Shown piece after piece: positions 48,575 through 59,730 of a stretch of DNA of 64,000 nt. Source of the stretch: a bacterium (lineage in GTDB: Bacteria > UBA8248); assembly GCA_965261085.1 (NCBI GenBank), contig OZ253442.1, forward strand, positions 2,560,001 through 2,624,000, given 5' to 3'. Position 1 is the stretch's first letter. Each line of letters opens with the position of its first letter. The position numbers were made by a program, and so were the translations under genes. Under the pieces are notes generated by a model, which ran no database searches, was not told the origin of the DNA, and was given only the letters and a program-made list of their open reading frames with translations.

Positions 48575-49186
48575 ATGCTTTTCCGTAAGATGCTGAGAAT
48601 GGTGTTGCTGGGCTTTCTACTCGCGATTGGCGGTACAATTGCCTATTTTATCGTGAGTTCTTCGGATCATCTTCTGAATATAGGAGAATTTTCGTTCACA
48701 GACTCGGATGCGGACTTCAATATAGATAAAGTGCATGTAGTTGAAAACACAAAAGGCGTCAGGGAGTGGGAGTTGTGGGCGGACTCCGCCAAGGTGTACC
48801 GGCAAAAAGATTTGACCATTCTGAAGAATCTGAAGCTTCGTTTTTATCCGAAAGAAGGTGAACCGGCGCATGTGACCGCCCAGGAAGGAACCATGCAGAA
48901 CGAGAGTCGAAACATTAGAATCAGCGGCAATGTCACCATCTTAGCGTCGAATGGCGTTTCAATGAAAACAGACTCTTTGTATTTTCGCTCAAAAGAAAAA
49001 CGCATTGATTCGGATTCGCAGGTTTTGATGGAAGGGGCTCGCTTTCGCTTGATCGGCACTGGCCTACAAGGGCAAACAGATCTGGGGAATTACAAATTGA
49101 AGGAAAATGTGAGCGCTACGATATACGGTGCGAGCAATGATTTCCTCAACCAGGAAAGAGGAAATAAGCTTATTCGCGCCAAATAA
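48575..49186 (+). CDS. lptC: LPS export ABC transporter periplasmic protein LptC
   Basis: N-terminal TM, WELWADSA and beta-jellyroll repeats; lptCAB-rpoN gene order. Confidence 0.85.
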   Translation: MLFRKMLRMVLLGFLLAIGGTIAYFIVSSSDHLLNIGEFSFTDSDADFNIDKVHVVENTKGVREWELWADSAKVYRQKDLTILKNLKLRFYPKEGEPAHVTAQEGTMQNESRNIRISGNVTILASNGVSMKTDSLYFRSKEKRIDSDSQVLMEGARFRLIGTGLQGQTDLGNYKLKENVSATIYGASNDFLNQERGNKLIRAK

Positions 49187-49221
49187 GGGAGCATACGGCC
49201 GATCCCGAATGGAGGGCTGTT

Positions 49222-49815
49222 TTGAAACCGAAAAACTACCGCCTGAAGCGTTTTGGCCCCATTGGTATAGGGTTATGCTTAGTTTTTTCATTGTGGACTG
49301 GCTCTTACTCATTCGCACAGCCAAAAAACAAGCAAAGCCGATTAAACCGCAAGGCTCCGATTCACATTACCTCCAACAAGATGGAAGTGAACAGCCGGAA
49401 GAATCTCATCGTGTTCATCGGGGATGTAAAGGCGAATCAGGGAAACATGCGCATAAAAGCGGATCGTCTCGAAGTATATACGCTGGAAGCTAAGCGACCG
49501 GGCTCGAAGCGTAGGCTGGCCCCCAAGGACAGGGCAGGGGAAGTCGATAGAATTGTGGCCATCGGAAACGTGAACATGGATCAAGCGAAAAGAAGGTTTG
49601 CCACTGCAGCTCGGCTTGAATATCGAGAATCCACCGGCATCGCTGTATTGACAGGAAGCCCTCGCGTGTGGGAAGGAAAGAATCAGCTAGTCGGCGCCAA
49701 AATAGAATTGAATTTGAAAGAAGAAAAAACGATAGTTCATGGCTCACCTCGCCGGAGAGTCAGCGTTACCCTTTTTCCTTCCAGCGAGACACCACGCCGC
49801 AAAAAATCCAATTAG
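49222..49815 (+). CDS. lptA: LPS transport periplasmic protein LptA
   Basis: Signal peptide, [21 protein letters not shown] and LTGSP. Confidence 0.88.
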   Translation: MKPKNYRLKRFGPIGIGLCLVFSLWTGSYSFAQPKNKQSRLNRKAPIHITSNKMEVNSRKNLIVFIGDVKANQGNMRIKADRLEVYTLEAKRPGSKRRLAPKDRAGEVDRIVAIGNVNMDQAKRRFATAARLEYRESTGIAVLTGSPRVWEGKNQLVGAKIELNLKEEKTIVHGSPRRRVSVTLFPSSETPRRKKSN

Positions 49816-49819
49816 ACTC

Positions 49820-50584
49820 ATGGCTACGAGAACCGACGGCAATGCGATTCGACACGGCGGGGTTGTCTCAATTCTCGCCACTGGATTAACGAAAAGCTAT
49901 TCTGGCCGAAAGGTTGTCTCCGGCGTGGAGCTCGAAGTACATCCCGGCGAAATTGTGAGTTTGCTTGGACCAAACGGGGCCGGCAAAACGACGATATTCT
50001 ATATGATTGTCGGGTTAATCGTTCCAGATTCGGGAAAAATATTTTTGAACGGCAGGGAAATCACCGACCAGCCCATGTATATGCGCGCCAAGCAGGGAAT
50101 CAGCTATTTGCCTCAGGAGGCGTCTGTGTTTCGTCGTCTTTCGGTGAGGCAAAACATCATGGCGGTGCTTGAATTGGTTTCGAGTGATCCAAACCAGCGC
50201 GAGAAACGATTGTATGAAATTTTAGAGGACCTGGATATCAAGCACATTCAATCTGTGAAGGGATATGCCCTCTCCGGCGGTGAACGTAGGCGTGTGGAAA
50301 TTGCCAGGGCATTGGCCACAAATCCCGATTTTATGCTCCTTGATGAGCCTTTTGCCGGTATTGATCCGATCGTGGTTCACGATATCCAGAACATTGTGGC
50401 GGGCTTAAAAGCTCGTGGAATTGGAGTCATTATCACGGACCACAATGTGCGCGAGGCCTTTCAGATATCCGACAGGGTATACATCATCAATGAGGGACAG
50501 ATACTGGAGTCTGGTATCCCTGAGGAAATTGCCGCCAGCGATAAGGCTCGGGATGTTTATCTGGGCGAAAAATTTCGTCTTTGA
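49820..50584 (+). CDS. lptB: LPS export ABC ATPase LptB
   Basis: [27 protein letters not shown] and [10 protein letters not shown]. Confidence 0.96.
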   Translation: MATRTDGNAIRHGGVVSILATGLTKSYSGRKVVSGVELEVHPGEIVSLLGPNGAGKTTIFYMIVGLIVPDSGKIFLNGREITDQPMYMRAKQGISYLPQEASVFRRLSVRQNIMAVLELVSSDPNQREKRLYEILEDLDIKHIQSVKGYALSGGERRRVEIARALATNPDFMLLDEPFAGIDPIVVHDIQNIVAGLKARGIGVIITDHNVREAFQISDRVYIINEGQILESGIPEEIAASDKARDVYLGEKFRL

Positions 50585-50601
50585 AGGCGAGAGGAATAAA
50601 C

Positions 50602-52044
50602 ATGGCTTTGCAGCATAAGATGGTAATGAAGACGGAGCAACGTCTCGTCATGACCGCCATGTTGCGGCAGGCGATTGGCCTTTTGCCTCTGGGCCGCACG
50701 GAAATGCAGCAAGCCGTTCAGCAGGAAATGTTGAACAATCCCTTGCTGGAAGAAATCCAGGATGAAATGAAAGAGGTAGCTGACGGCGATATGCCGGAAT
50801 TGAGAGACGATGTTCCCGAGAGTCAAAATGATGAAAGAGGCGAAGTGGAAATCGATTGGGGAAACATTGTGCAGGACAATTATGATGATTTCTCGCCTAC
50901 AACCTTCGATGATGAATTCCCCTCTCATGAACAGACCTTGGCGCGGCCCGATACGTTGCATGAGCACTTGGCATGGCAATTGAGTCTTTCGGTGGTTCCT
51001 GAGCCGATAGCAAGGGTTGCCGAGCAAATAATTTGGAATGTAAATGACGAGGGTTATATTGAGGTTGATGCGGAGGGGTTGGCGGACAGTGTGGGTCTGG
51101 GGCCTCTTGAGGCTGATAAGGCATTGGCTTTAGTGCAAGGATTCAATCCACCTGGCGTTGCTGCGAGAACACTTCAAGAGTGTCTCATTATACAATTGAA
51201 AAATTATGAATTATCTATGAATGGCAATAGCCGTTTTGTGGATTTGGCGCGAGTCTTGTTGCTTGAAGACATTGAGAAGATAGGTGAGCGGCAATATGCG
51301 AAACTGGCCAAGGCTAACGGCGTAGATGAAGACGATATCATTCAGGCCATCCACATCATTCGCAGTCTTGATCCTTACCCGGGGTTGCGTTTTTCCGAGC
51401 AAAGAGTGGAGGTAGTGACCCCGGACGTGAGCGTCACTAAGAGGGGAGATGATTATGAGGTAATACTCAACGACGATGGCCTACCTCCCCTGCGTGTGAA
51501 TTCTCTTTATGCAGCTATGGCAGCCGACAAAGCGGGGACTTCTCTAGATACGCGGAAATATTTAGAGGAAAGGCTCAGGGCGGCTGCATGGTTCGTCAAA
51601 AGCATAGAGCAAAGAAGACAGACGATTCTGAAAGTTTGCCGAAGCATTGTGCGTTTTCAAAAGGATTTCTTGGAAGATGGCGTGAGTTGCTTAAAACCCC
51701 TGATTTTGAGGGATGTGGCCCAAGATATCGGGATGCACGAATCGACCGTGAGTCGTGTTACGACAGGCAAGTATATGGATACGCCGCAGGGTGTTTTGAG
51801 CTTCAAGTATTTTTTCCACAGCGGGTTGGAATCGAGTGAGGGGAAGAGCACCTCTTCGGTAGCAGTAAAGGAGACCATCAAGAAAATAGTGGAACAGGAA
51901 AACCGTGAGAAGCCGCTCACCGACCAACATATTGTGGATAGACTCAAGCAAGACAACGTGGCGATAGCGAGGCGGACGGTGACAAAATACCGCAAAGAAC
52001 TGCGCATCTCTCCCGCTAGTAAAAGGCGCAAAATGCATCGATGA
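50602..52044 (+). CDS. rpoN: RNA polymerase sigma-54 factor
   Basis: NPLLE, PPGVAAR, HESTVSR and RpoN box ARRTVTKYR. Confidence 0.96.
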   Translation: MALQHKMVMKTEQRLVMTAMLRQAIGLLPLGRTEMQQAVQQEMLNNPLLEEIQDEMKEVADGDMPELRDDVPESQNDERGEVEIDWGNIVQDNYDDFSPTTFDDEFPSHEQTLARPDTLHEHLAWQLSLSVVPEPIARVAEQIIWNVNDEGYIEVDAEGLADSVGLGPLEADKALALVQGFNPPGVAARTLQECLIIQLKNYELSMNGNSRFVDLARVLLLEDIEKIGERQYAKLAKANGVDEDDIIQAIHIIRSLDPYPGLRFSEQRVEVVTPDVSVTKRGDDYEVILNDDGLPPLRVNSLYAAMAADKAGTSLDTRKYLEERLRAAAWFVKSIEQRRQTILKVCRSIVRFQKDFLEDGVSCLKPLILRDVAQDIGMHESTVSRVTTGKYMDTPQGVLSFKYFFHSGLESSEGKSTSSVAVKETIKKIVEQENREKPLTDQHIVDRLKQDNVAIARRTVTKYRKELRISPASKRRKMHR

Positions 52045-52294
52045 CACTAGATGCGGCCTGTGCATTGACTCATATTTCGTGCCCACGCACACCGTGGTTC
52101 GTAGAGGTGGGGCAAGAGGCTCCATGGGCTTGTGATTAATCTGAAATGATTTTGAATGTTTGTTATTATCCATAGAATCTGGGCGTTATATTCTCCGGGG
52201 CGCAGTATGGTGGCTCCAAGTTTCGTGTAGGGCGTTCACTCGTATCACCAGAATGGACATTCAGTCCCTTGGGGCGTATTGAACGTCGAGGAAA

Positions 52295-53236
52295 GTGATG
52301 AGTAAACTCTCGGTATCTCAATTGTACGAAGATCTGCGGGAAGAGTTGAAGTTATCCATACTCTCGGGCGAATCTGGCATGAGCCGCTGGATTAATCATA
52401 CGCACTTTCAGAAAAATGGTTTGCCTCTTGCTGGATTTTTGAAAGCTGTGCACCCGGATAGGGTTCAGGTATGGGGCAGCACAGAAGTAGGTTTTCTGGA
52501 AGACCTGAAAGAGGAGGAGAGAATCGAAGCGGTGCGTAAATATTTTCGTATGCCTCTGTGCGCCGTACTGGTTACGGGAGGAAAATATATTTCTCCGAGT
52601 ATCAGGGATGTATCGGATCAATCAGGGGTGCCGATTATACTCTCGGGCTTGCATGGCAAGGATTTGATGCCGAAATTGTCGGGGTATCTCGAGGAGCATC
52701 TCTCCCCGCATGCGCGGCTCCACGGCGTCCTTGTTGATTTGTACGGTGTCGGGGTATTTATTCAAGGCAAAAGCGGCATTGGTAAAAGCGAGTGCGCACT
52801 CCATCTCGTCACGCGGGGTCATCGGCTCGTTGCAGACGATGTGGTGGATATTCAGTTGCGCGGAAATGAGTTGGTTGGAAAAAGCACAGAACTACTTAAA
52901 CACCACATCGAGGTAAGGGGGCTTGGAATACTGAATCTGAAAGACCTGTTTGGCGTGGTCGCGATTCGGTATGAAAAAAATGTCGACATCATCGTGGAGT
53001 TGATTCCTTGGAGTCCGGATTTGGCTTTCGAGCGTCTCGGAATCGATATCGAGACCCAAAATGTCTTGGGTAAATACCTGCCGCACGTGAAAATCCCCGT
53101 TGCTCCAGGGAGGAATATACCCACGCTGATCGAGGTGGCTGCCAGGAACCTGTTGTTGCAGAGAATGGGTTATTTCTCCGCAGAAGAATTCAGCCGCACC
53201 CTCTCTGCCCGGATCGCGCTCGAATCGACGGATTAG
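52295..53236 (+). CDS. hprK: HPr(Ser) kinase/phosphorylase
   Basis: HGVLVD, GKSGIGKSE, LVADD and EVRGLGI. Confidence 0.95.
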   Translation: MMSKLSVSQLYEDLREELKLSILSGESGMSRWINHTHFQKNGLPLAGFLKAVHPDRVQVWGSTEVGFLEDLKEEERIEAVRKYFRMPLCAVLVTGGKYISPSIRDVSDQSGVPIILSGLHGKDLMPKLSGYLEEHLSPHARLHGVLVDLYGVGVFIQGKSGIGKSECALHLVTRGHRLVADDVVDIQLRGNELVGKSTELLKHHIEVRGLGILNLKDLFGVVAIRYEKNVDIIVELIPWSPDLAFERLGIDIETQNVLGKYLPHVKIPVAPGRNIPTLIEVAARNLLLQRMGYFSAEEFSRTLSARIALESTD

Positions 53237-53263
53237 AAGGATAAAAGGAAAAAGAGGTTTCGC

Positions 53264-53686
53264 ATGATTGGTTTGGTGATCGTCGGTCATGGAGATTATC
53301 CGAATGCATTGTTGAATGCGGCCGAATCTGTCCTGTCCGGCGCAACTCAAATGAAGGCGCTGTCCTTGAAACCTGACGCCGACCCCGCCGGATTCACGGA
53401 AAAAATAGAAAAAGCGGTTACTGAGGTAGACGCGGGTGAGGGGGTGATAATTATGACGGATATGATGGGAGGTGCTCCTACGAATGCGGCTCTCGCCATG
53501 CTCAATCATCCGAGGGTAGAGGTAGTGACAGGAGTGAATTTACCGATGCTCTTGAAATTGTCGTTCATCAAGGGAAAGACTGTTTCTGAAGCGGCGCGTT
53601 TTTTGGTGGAGTATGGAAGGCGAAACCTGGCCCAGCCGAGCGAAATGATCAATTCAGTGAAACAGCAAACAACCAAGGAGGAATGA
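53264..53686 (+). CDS. PTS EIIA component, mannose family
   Basis: VIVGHG (phospho-His), TDMMGGAP and GVNLPML. Confidence 0.9.
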   Translation: MIGLVIVGHGDYPNALLNAAESVLSGATQMKALSLKPDADPAGFTEKIEKAVTEVDAGEGVIIMTDMMGGAPTNAALAMLNHPRVEVVTGVNLPMLLKLSFIKGKTVSEAARFLVEYGRRNLAQPSEMINSVKQQTTKEE

Positions 53687-53964
53687 ACGCCGTTATGGCG
53701 GAACAAAGAGTCAGAATCAGCAATCAAATGGGACTTCATGCCAGGGCAGCGGCGAAATTCGTGAGGCTATCGAGTAAATTCGAGAGCGAAATTTTTGTTC
53801 GATTTCGTGATATGGAGGTAGACGGGAAAAGTATCATGGGCGTCATGATGCTTGCAGCCACTCCTGACTCGGAACTCCTGATAAGCGCATATGGTTCGGA
53901 TGAAGATGCTGCAGTGGCGGAATTGGCGGAAATGGTTCGAACTGGCTTTGGGGAGATGAGATAG
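53683..53964 (+). CDS. ptsH: Phosphocarrier protein HPr
   Basis: GLHARAA (His15) and GKSIMG (Ser46). Confidence 0.95.
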   Translation: MNAVMAEQRVRISNQMGLHARAAAKFVRLSSKFESEIFVRFRDMEVDGKSIMGVMMLAATPDSELLISAYGSDEDAAVAELAEMVRTGFGEMR

Positions 53965-54262
53965 AATTTAGTGAGAATGTGTAGGACATTGAAAGCGTAT
54001 AATATTCAGGTGAAATATAGGGAATTATATATAATGTATTGATAATAAATATTATACTAAATATTATTTACATGAGTAATTTTTTCACATTTGGCATGTG
54101 CTCAACAATTCTCCGATAAGTAGTTTTGCGAATAAACGACATTTATCCCGTGCGCTTCCGTCCAAATTCAAGAAATGATACAAGACGCCAGAAAACGCAT
54201 GTCGTCTGGCGAGGAGTTCTTGTTTGACTCGATGGCGACCTCCAATTCTTGGGAGACTGTAG

Positions 54263-55441
54263 ATGGGTTCCAATCATGGGAGAAATTACATTTTCACTTC
54301 CGAATCTGTTTCTGAAGGGCATCCTGACAAAATTGCCGATCAGATAAGCGATTCCGTTTTAGACGCTATTTTTCATGAAGACCCCAATGGCCGCGTTGCT
54401 TGTGAAACGCTTGTCACGACGGGCATTGTATTCATTGCCGGTGAGATTACGACGACGGCGCATTACGATGCGCGTGAGATCGCGCGCGAGACGATTCGGC
54501 AAATCGGCTACGACGATTCGGCATACGGCTTTGATTGCAATACATGTGCGGTCGTTACGGCGATTGATAAGCAATCCCCCAACATCTCCCAAGGGGTAAC
54601 GGAGGGGGAGGGTCTGTTCCATGAACAAGGTGCAGGCGATCAAGGCATGATGTTTGGATTCGCCTGTCGTGAATCCGAAGAGTTGATGCCCCTGCCCATC
54701 ATGTTGGCCCACAAGTTGGTTCGCAGGACATCGGAAGTAAGAAGAAATGGTGCTTTAGACTATCTGAGGCCCGACAGCAAAAGCCAGGTATCTATTCGCT
54801 ATGAAGATGGCAAACCCGTGGCAATCGACAATGTTGTCATATCCGCCCAGCATTCAGAGGAAGTGGGGCTCGATCAGATCCGTGAAGACATCGTTCGCGA
54901 AGTCATACGCCCCATTCTCCCGGAAGACATGACGACAGAGGACACTAAATTTTATGTGAATCCAACCGGCCTTTTCATCATTGGGGGGCCCATGTGTGAC
55001 ACGGGGCTCACGGGCCGGAAAATCATCGTGGATACCTATGGAGGATACAGCAGGCACGGCGGTGGCGCATTTTCAGGCAAGGACCCCTCGAAGGTGGACC
55101 GATCAGCCGCCTATATGGGGCGATATATCGCCAAAAACATCGTTGCGGCCGGACTTGCTGATAAAGCGGAAGTGCAACTCGCCTACGCCATCGGCATGGC
55201 GGATCCCGTTTCCGTTTTGGTTGAGGATTTTGGAACGGGCCATGTGGATTCGAATGTCTTATCGAGGGCCGTCCGCGAAGTATTCGGCCTCAAACCCAGA
55301 GAAATTATCGAACACCTCGACTTGCGCCGCCCTATCTTCAAAAACACGGCGGCTTATGGACACTTTGGCCGGAATGAACCTGAGTTCACTTGGGAGAAAA
55401 CAGATAAGATAGCCGATTTGAAGACTGCTGTCGGGGCGTAA
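54263..55441 (+). CDS. metK: S-adenosylmethionine synthetase
   Basis: [17 protein letters not shown] and GGGAFSGKD. Confidence 0.98.
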   Translation: MGSNHGRNYIFTSESVSEGHPDKIADQISDSVLDAIFHEDPNGRVACETLVTTGIVFIAGEITTTAHYDAREIARETIRQIGYDDSAYGFDCNTCAVVTAIDKQSPNISQGVTEGEGLFHEQGAGDQGMMFGFACRESEELMPLPIMLAHKLVRRTSEVRRNGALDYLRPDSKSQVSIRYEDGKPVAIDNVVISAQHSEEVGLDQIREDIVREVIRPILPEDMTTEDTKFYVNPTGLFIIGGPMCDTGLTGRKIIVDTYGGYSRHGGGAFSGKDPSKVDRSAAYMGRYIAKNIVAAGLADKAEVQLAYAIGMADPVSVLVEDFGTGHVDSNVLSRAVREVFGLKPREIIEHLDLRRPIFKNTAAYGHFGRNEPEFTWEKTDKIADLKTAVGA

Positions 55442-55471
55442 AATAAGGTAACGCTGACTGGCCGATTTTAG

Positions 55472-56752
<1,281 letters not shown>

Positions 56753-56797
56753 CGTTTCTCCGCAACCGATACGCTGCCCGCTGCGGGGGAAGTTTCT

Positions 56798-58117
56798 GTG
56801 GCCGGAAATTTGTTCGCCACGCTGTGCAGGAGAAAAAAAACAAAACGACTGTTGAGGAATTTATTTCTCATCTTTGTTTTTTTTCTTGTTTTTTGGACGC
56901 AAGGTGAAGGGGTCACATTTGGCGCGCGCGGATTGGGCGCGAGAATTCTCGGAGTTCGAGAATTCTCCACGGCAGGTTATGCGCGGATAGTTTTCATATT
57001 GAACCGCGAAACGTTTGATTTTAAATCGGGCCTCTTGAAGAAACCCACGCGAATTTTTCTTGATATCCCTCGCGGGCGAATCGGGCGGGGTGCTCAAATT
57101 CCGAAATTTTCTCCAGGAAGAAGCATCGTATCTCGTCTCAGGTTCGGCAAACCGAGGAAGAACAACCTACGCCTCGTGATTGATATCGCGAAAAAAAATG
57201 TCAAATACCGAGTTTTCACCCTACCGAGTCCGCAACGCCTTGTGGTTGACGTATGGGCCAAAAGCGCGGCTATCTCAAAACTTCCCAAAAGGGGAGGTAG
57301 CAAGCGCCCGGAGCAGGAAAAATCCGCGCGCGCGCGCAGGGTGCCTCCTCGCCGAAAAACTGCCGCAAAGCTGAAGCGCCGCGAGATGAATTTAACGCAA
57401 AGATTTCGTCACAATCTTGGCAGAATCGTCCTGGACCCAGGACATGGGGGCAAGGATCCGGGCGCGGTTGGTTTGTTCGGCTTGAGAGAAAAAAGTGTCG
57501 CCCTAGACATTGCCCGGAGAGCCAGACGGGTGCTGAGGCGCGTCTTGCCCGGCAACCGGATCTATCTCACCAGAACTACTGATAGGTACGTTTCCCTTCC
57601 CTATAGAACATCGTTCGCAAATGAGCATGACGCTGATATTTTCGTGTCGATTCATGCGAACAGTGCGCGTTCACGGCGCATACACGGAATCGAAACCTAT
57701 CTTTTGAGCGAGGCCTCATCGGGCAGAGCACTCAGATTGGCGGCCAGGGAAAGCGGAACGACCCTTGCGCGCATGACCGATTTGCAAAAGATCCTGAATG
57801 ACCTGGGGTTGAGGTCGAAGGTCACGGAGTCCCAGCAACTGGCCCGGCAGGTTCAGCAAGCGATGCTCTCGCGTTTGAGGCCTGGTTATCACGGCATCCG
57901 CAATATGGGCGTGAAACGTGGGCCCTTTTATGTGCTACTCGGCGCCCGGATGCCGAGTATTTTGCTCGAGGTCGCCTTCATCTCGAATCGGCGGGAAGCG
58001 CGGCGAATGGGTAGCCCGAAATACCGCCAAGCGCTTGCAGAAGGTATCGCAAGAGGTATCATGCAGTTTGTAGGCGTCGGTTCCAGAAAAGCCGGAATGA
58101 ACGCCCTGAAACGCTAA
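56798..58117 (+). CDS. N-acetylmuramoyl-L-alanine amidase (AMIN plus Amidase_3 domains)
   Basis: PTRIFLD/PQRLVVD AMIN motifs, LDPGHGGKDPGA, SIHAN and LLEVAFISN; start uncertain. Confidence 0.9.
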   Translation: MAGNLFATLCRRKKTKRLLRNLFLIFVFFLVFWTQGEGVTFGARGLGARILGVREFSTAGYARIVFILNRETFDFKSGLLKKPTRIFLDIPRGRIGRGAQIPKFSPGRSIVSRLRFGKPRKNNLRLVIDIAKKNVKYRVFTLPSPQRLVVDVWAKSAAISKLPKRGGSKRPEQEKSARARRVPPRRKTAAKLKRREMNLTQRFRHNLGRIVLDPGHGGKDPGAVGLFGLREKSVALDIARRARRVLRRVLPGNRIYLTRTTDRYVSLPYRTSFANEHDADIFVSIHANSARSRRIHGIETYLLSEASSGRALRLAARESGTTLARMTDLQKILNDLGLRSKVTESQQLARQVQQAMLSRLRPGYHGIRNMGVKRGPFYVLLGARMPSILLEVAFISNRREARRMGSPKYRQALAEGIARGIMQFVGVGSRKAGMNALKR

Positions 58118-58145
58118 AAACCATTTTTCATCTGGAAACGCCTCC

Positions 58146-59513
58146 ATGCCTTCTCCCGTCTTCGTAATCGTCGGTCGCCCGAATGTGGGGAAATCCACTT
58201 TCTTCAATCGTCTCATCGGCAGACGTGCCGCTATTGTGCAAGCAGAACCGGGGGTGACGCGGGACAGGCGCTACGGCGAGGGGGAATGGGAGGGCAAGAA
58301 ATTTCTCGCTGTTGATACGGGTGGTATCGCCGCAACGGGAAGTGACCCGTTCTTGCCGAAAATTCAAGAACAGACGGTGATCGCCATCGAGGAAAGTGAT
58401 GTTGTTTTGTTTCTTGTTGATGGAATCGAAGGTCTCCTTCCCGGAGATCATGAAGTCGCGCAAATGATCCGCGTCTCGCAAAAACCGGTGCTTCTCATCG
58501 TGAATAAATCGGATTCCAAGCGCACGCGCGAGACGGAATGGGATTTTTACCAACTGGGTCTTGGTGAAGTTCGGCCCGTTTCGGCGGAGCATGGCACAGG
58601 CGTGTCCGATGTGATGGATGAGGCGATTCGTATCGCTTCGAGTGAAATCGGAACCGAGGAAGTGGGAGATGCGGATGAGCGCCGTATCGCCGTCGTCGGC
58701 CGTCAGAACGTGGGGAAATCCTCTTTCGTGAATCAAATTATGGGAAGCGAGCGGACCTTGGTGAGTTCCGTGCCGGGCACGACGCGAGACCCGGTGGATT
58801 CCCTATGTGTGAGAGAGGGGAAATCTTATCGTCTCGTGGATACGGCCGGCATCAGAAGAAGGGGAAAGATTGGCAAGCGCCAGGTAGAGGTGGTGAGCAT
58901 GATTATGGCCTATCGCAGCATTGAGCGCGCCCAGGTCGCTTTGCTTCTGATTGACGCGACTGAAGGCCCGAAGACGATGGATGCGCAGATAGCCCGCCAC
59001 ATCAAGGAATCTGGTCGCGCGTGTGCGATTTTGTTGAATAAATGGGATCTCCTGGCGAAGGAGACCAAGACGTTTGATGAAAAAGTACGTGAGATCAAGG
59101 ACAAACTGGTTCACATCCATTTCGCGCCGGTTCTTTCGGTGTCCGCTCTGACGGGGCAGAGGTGTGAGCGTGTTTTCGATGTAGTAGACAAGATACATGA
59201 GTCTCATCTCAGGCGTGTTCCCACCGGGCAATTGAATCGGGCGATAACGGAAATCGTTCATGCGCATCCTCCGCCCACCGCTTCGGGAGGGCGGCGTCCC
59301 AAGGTGTATTATTCTACGCAGAGCAGCGTTTCTCCGCCCCACGTCATACTCTTTGCGAGCCTCGTAAGCCAAATCCCCGTGGAGCAATACGGGAGATATG
59401 TGGAAAACAGATTGAGAGAGCGGTTTGATTTTGAGGGTACGCCGCTTAGGGTGAGCTTTCGCCAAAGAGGGACGAGCGCCCCGCGAAGACGAAGTGGAAG
59501 AGCAAGACGATAA
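58146..59513 (+). CDS. der: Ribosome biogenesis GTPase Der (EngA)
   Basis: Two G domains (GRPNVGKS and GRQNVGKS), DTGG/DTAG and a KH-like C-terminus. Confidence 0.96.
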   Translation: MPSPVFVIVGRPNVGKSTFFNRLIGRRAAIVQAEPGVTRDRRYGEGEWEGKKFLAVDTGGIAATGSDPFLPKIQEQTVIAIEESDVVLFLVDGIEGLLPGDHEVAQMIRVSQKPVLLIVNKSDSKRTRETEWDFYQLGLGEVRPVSAEHGTGVSDVMDEAIRIASSEIGTEEVGDADERRIAVVGRQNVGKSSFVNQIMGSERTLVSSVPGTTRDPVDSLCVREGKSYRLVDTAGIRRRGKIGKRQVEVVSMIMAYRSIERAQVALLLIDATEGPKTMDAQIARHIKESGRACAILLNKWDLLAKETKTFDEKVREIKDKLVHIHFAPVLSVSALTGQRCERVFDVVDKIHESHLRRVPTGQLNRAITEIVHAHPPPTASGGRRPKVYYSTQSSVSPPHVILFASLVSQIPVEQYGRYVENRLRERFDFEGTPLRVSFRQRGTSAPRRRSGRARR

Positions 59514-59730
59514 CTTCAAGGATTTTCGAGAATTTAGAGCAAACGCACAAGTTCATAGTTCATACCTAGCTTTAATGATGCCCTGCAAGTAATTCATTCT
59601 GATTGACAAAGCGAACCTTGAATGGCAGGATTCCAGAAATACTTGTTTTCGCATTTATCACCAAGTCAGGCGCGAGATTATTTCAAATCGTCACGTTGCC
59701 AAAGGGCTGATATCAGAGGAGTTGAGGTAG

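Noticed and set aside
52045-52294. hpf/raiA gene or remnant after rpoN
   Set aside because: No matching ORF or motif seen; only short hairpins and AT-rich promoter-like sequence.
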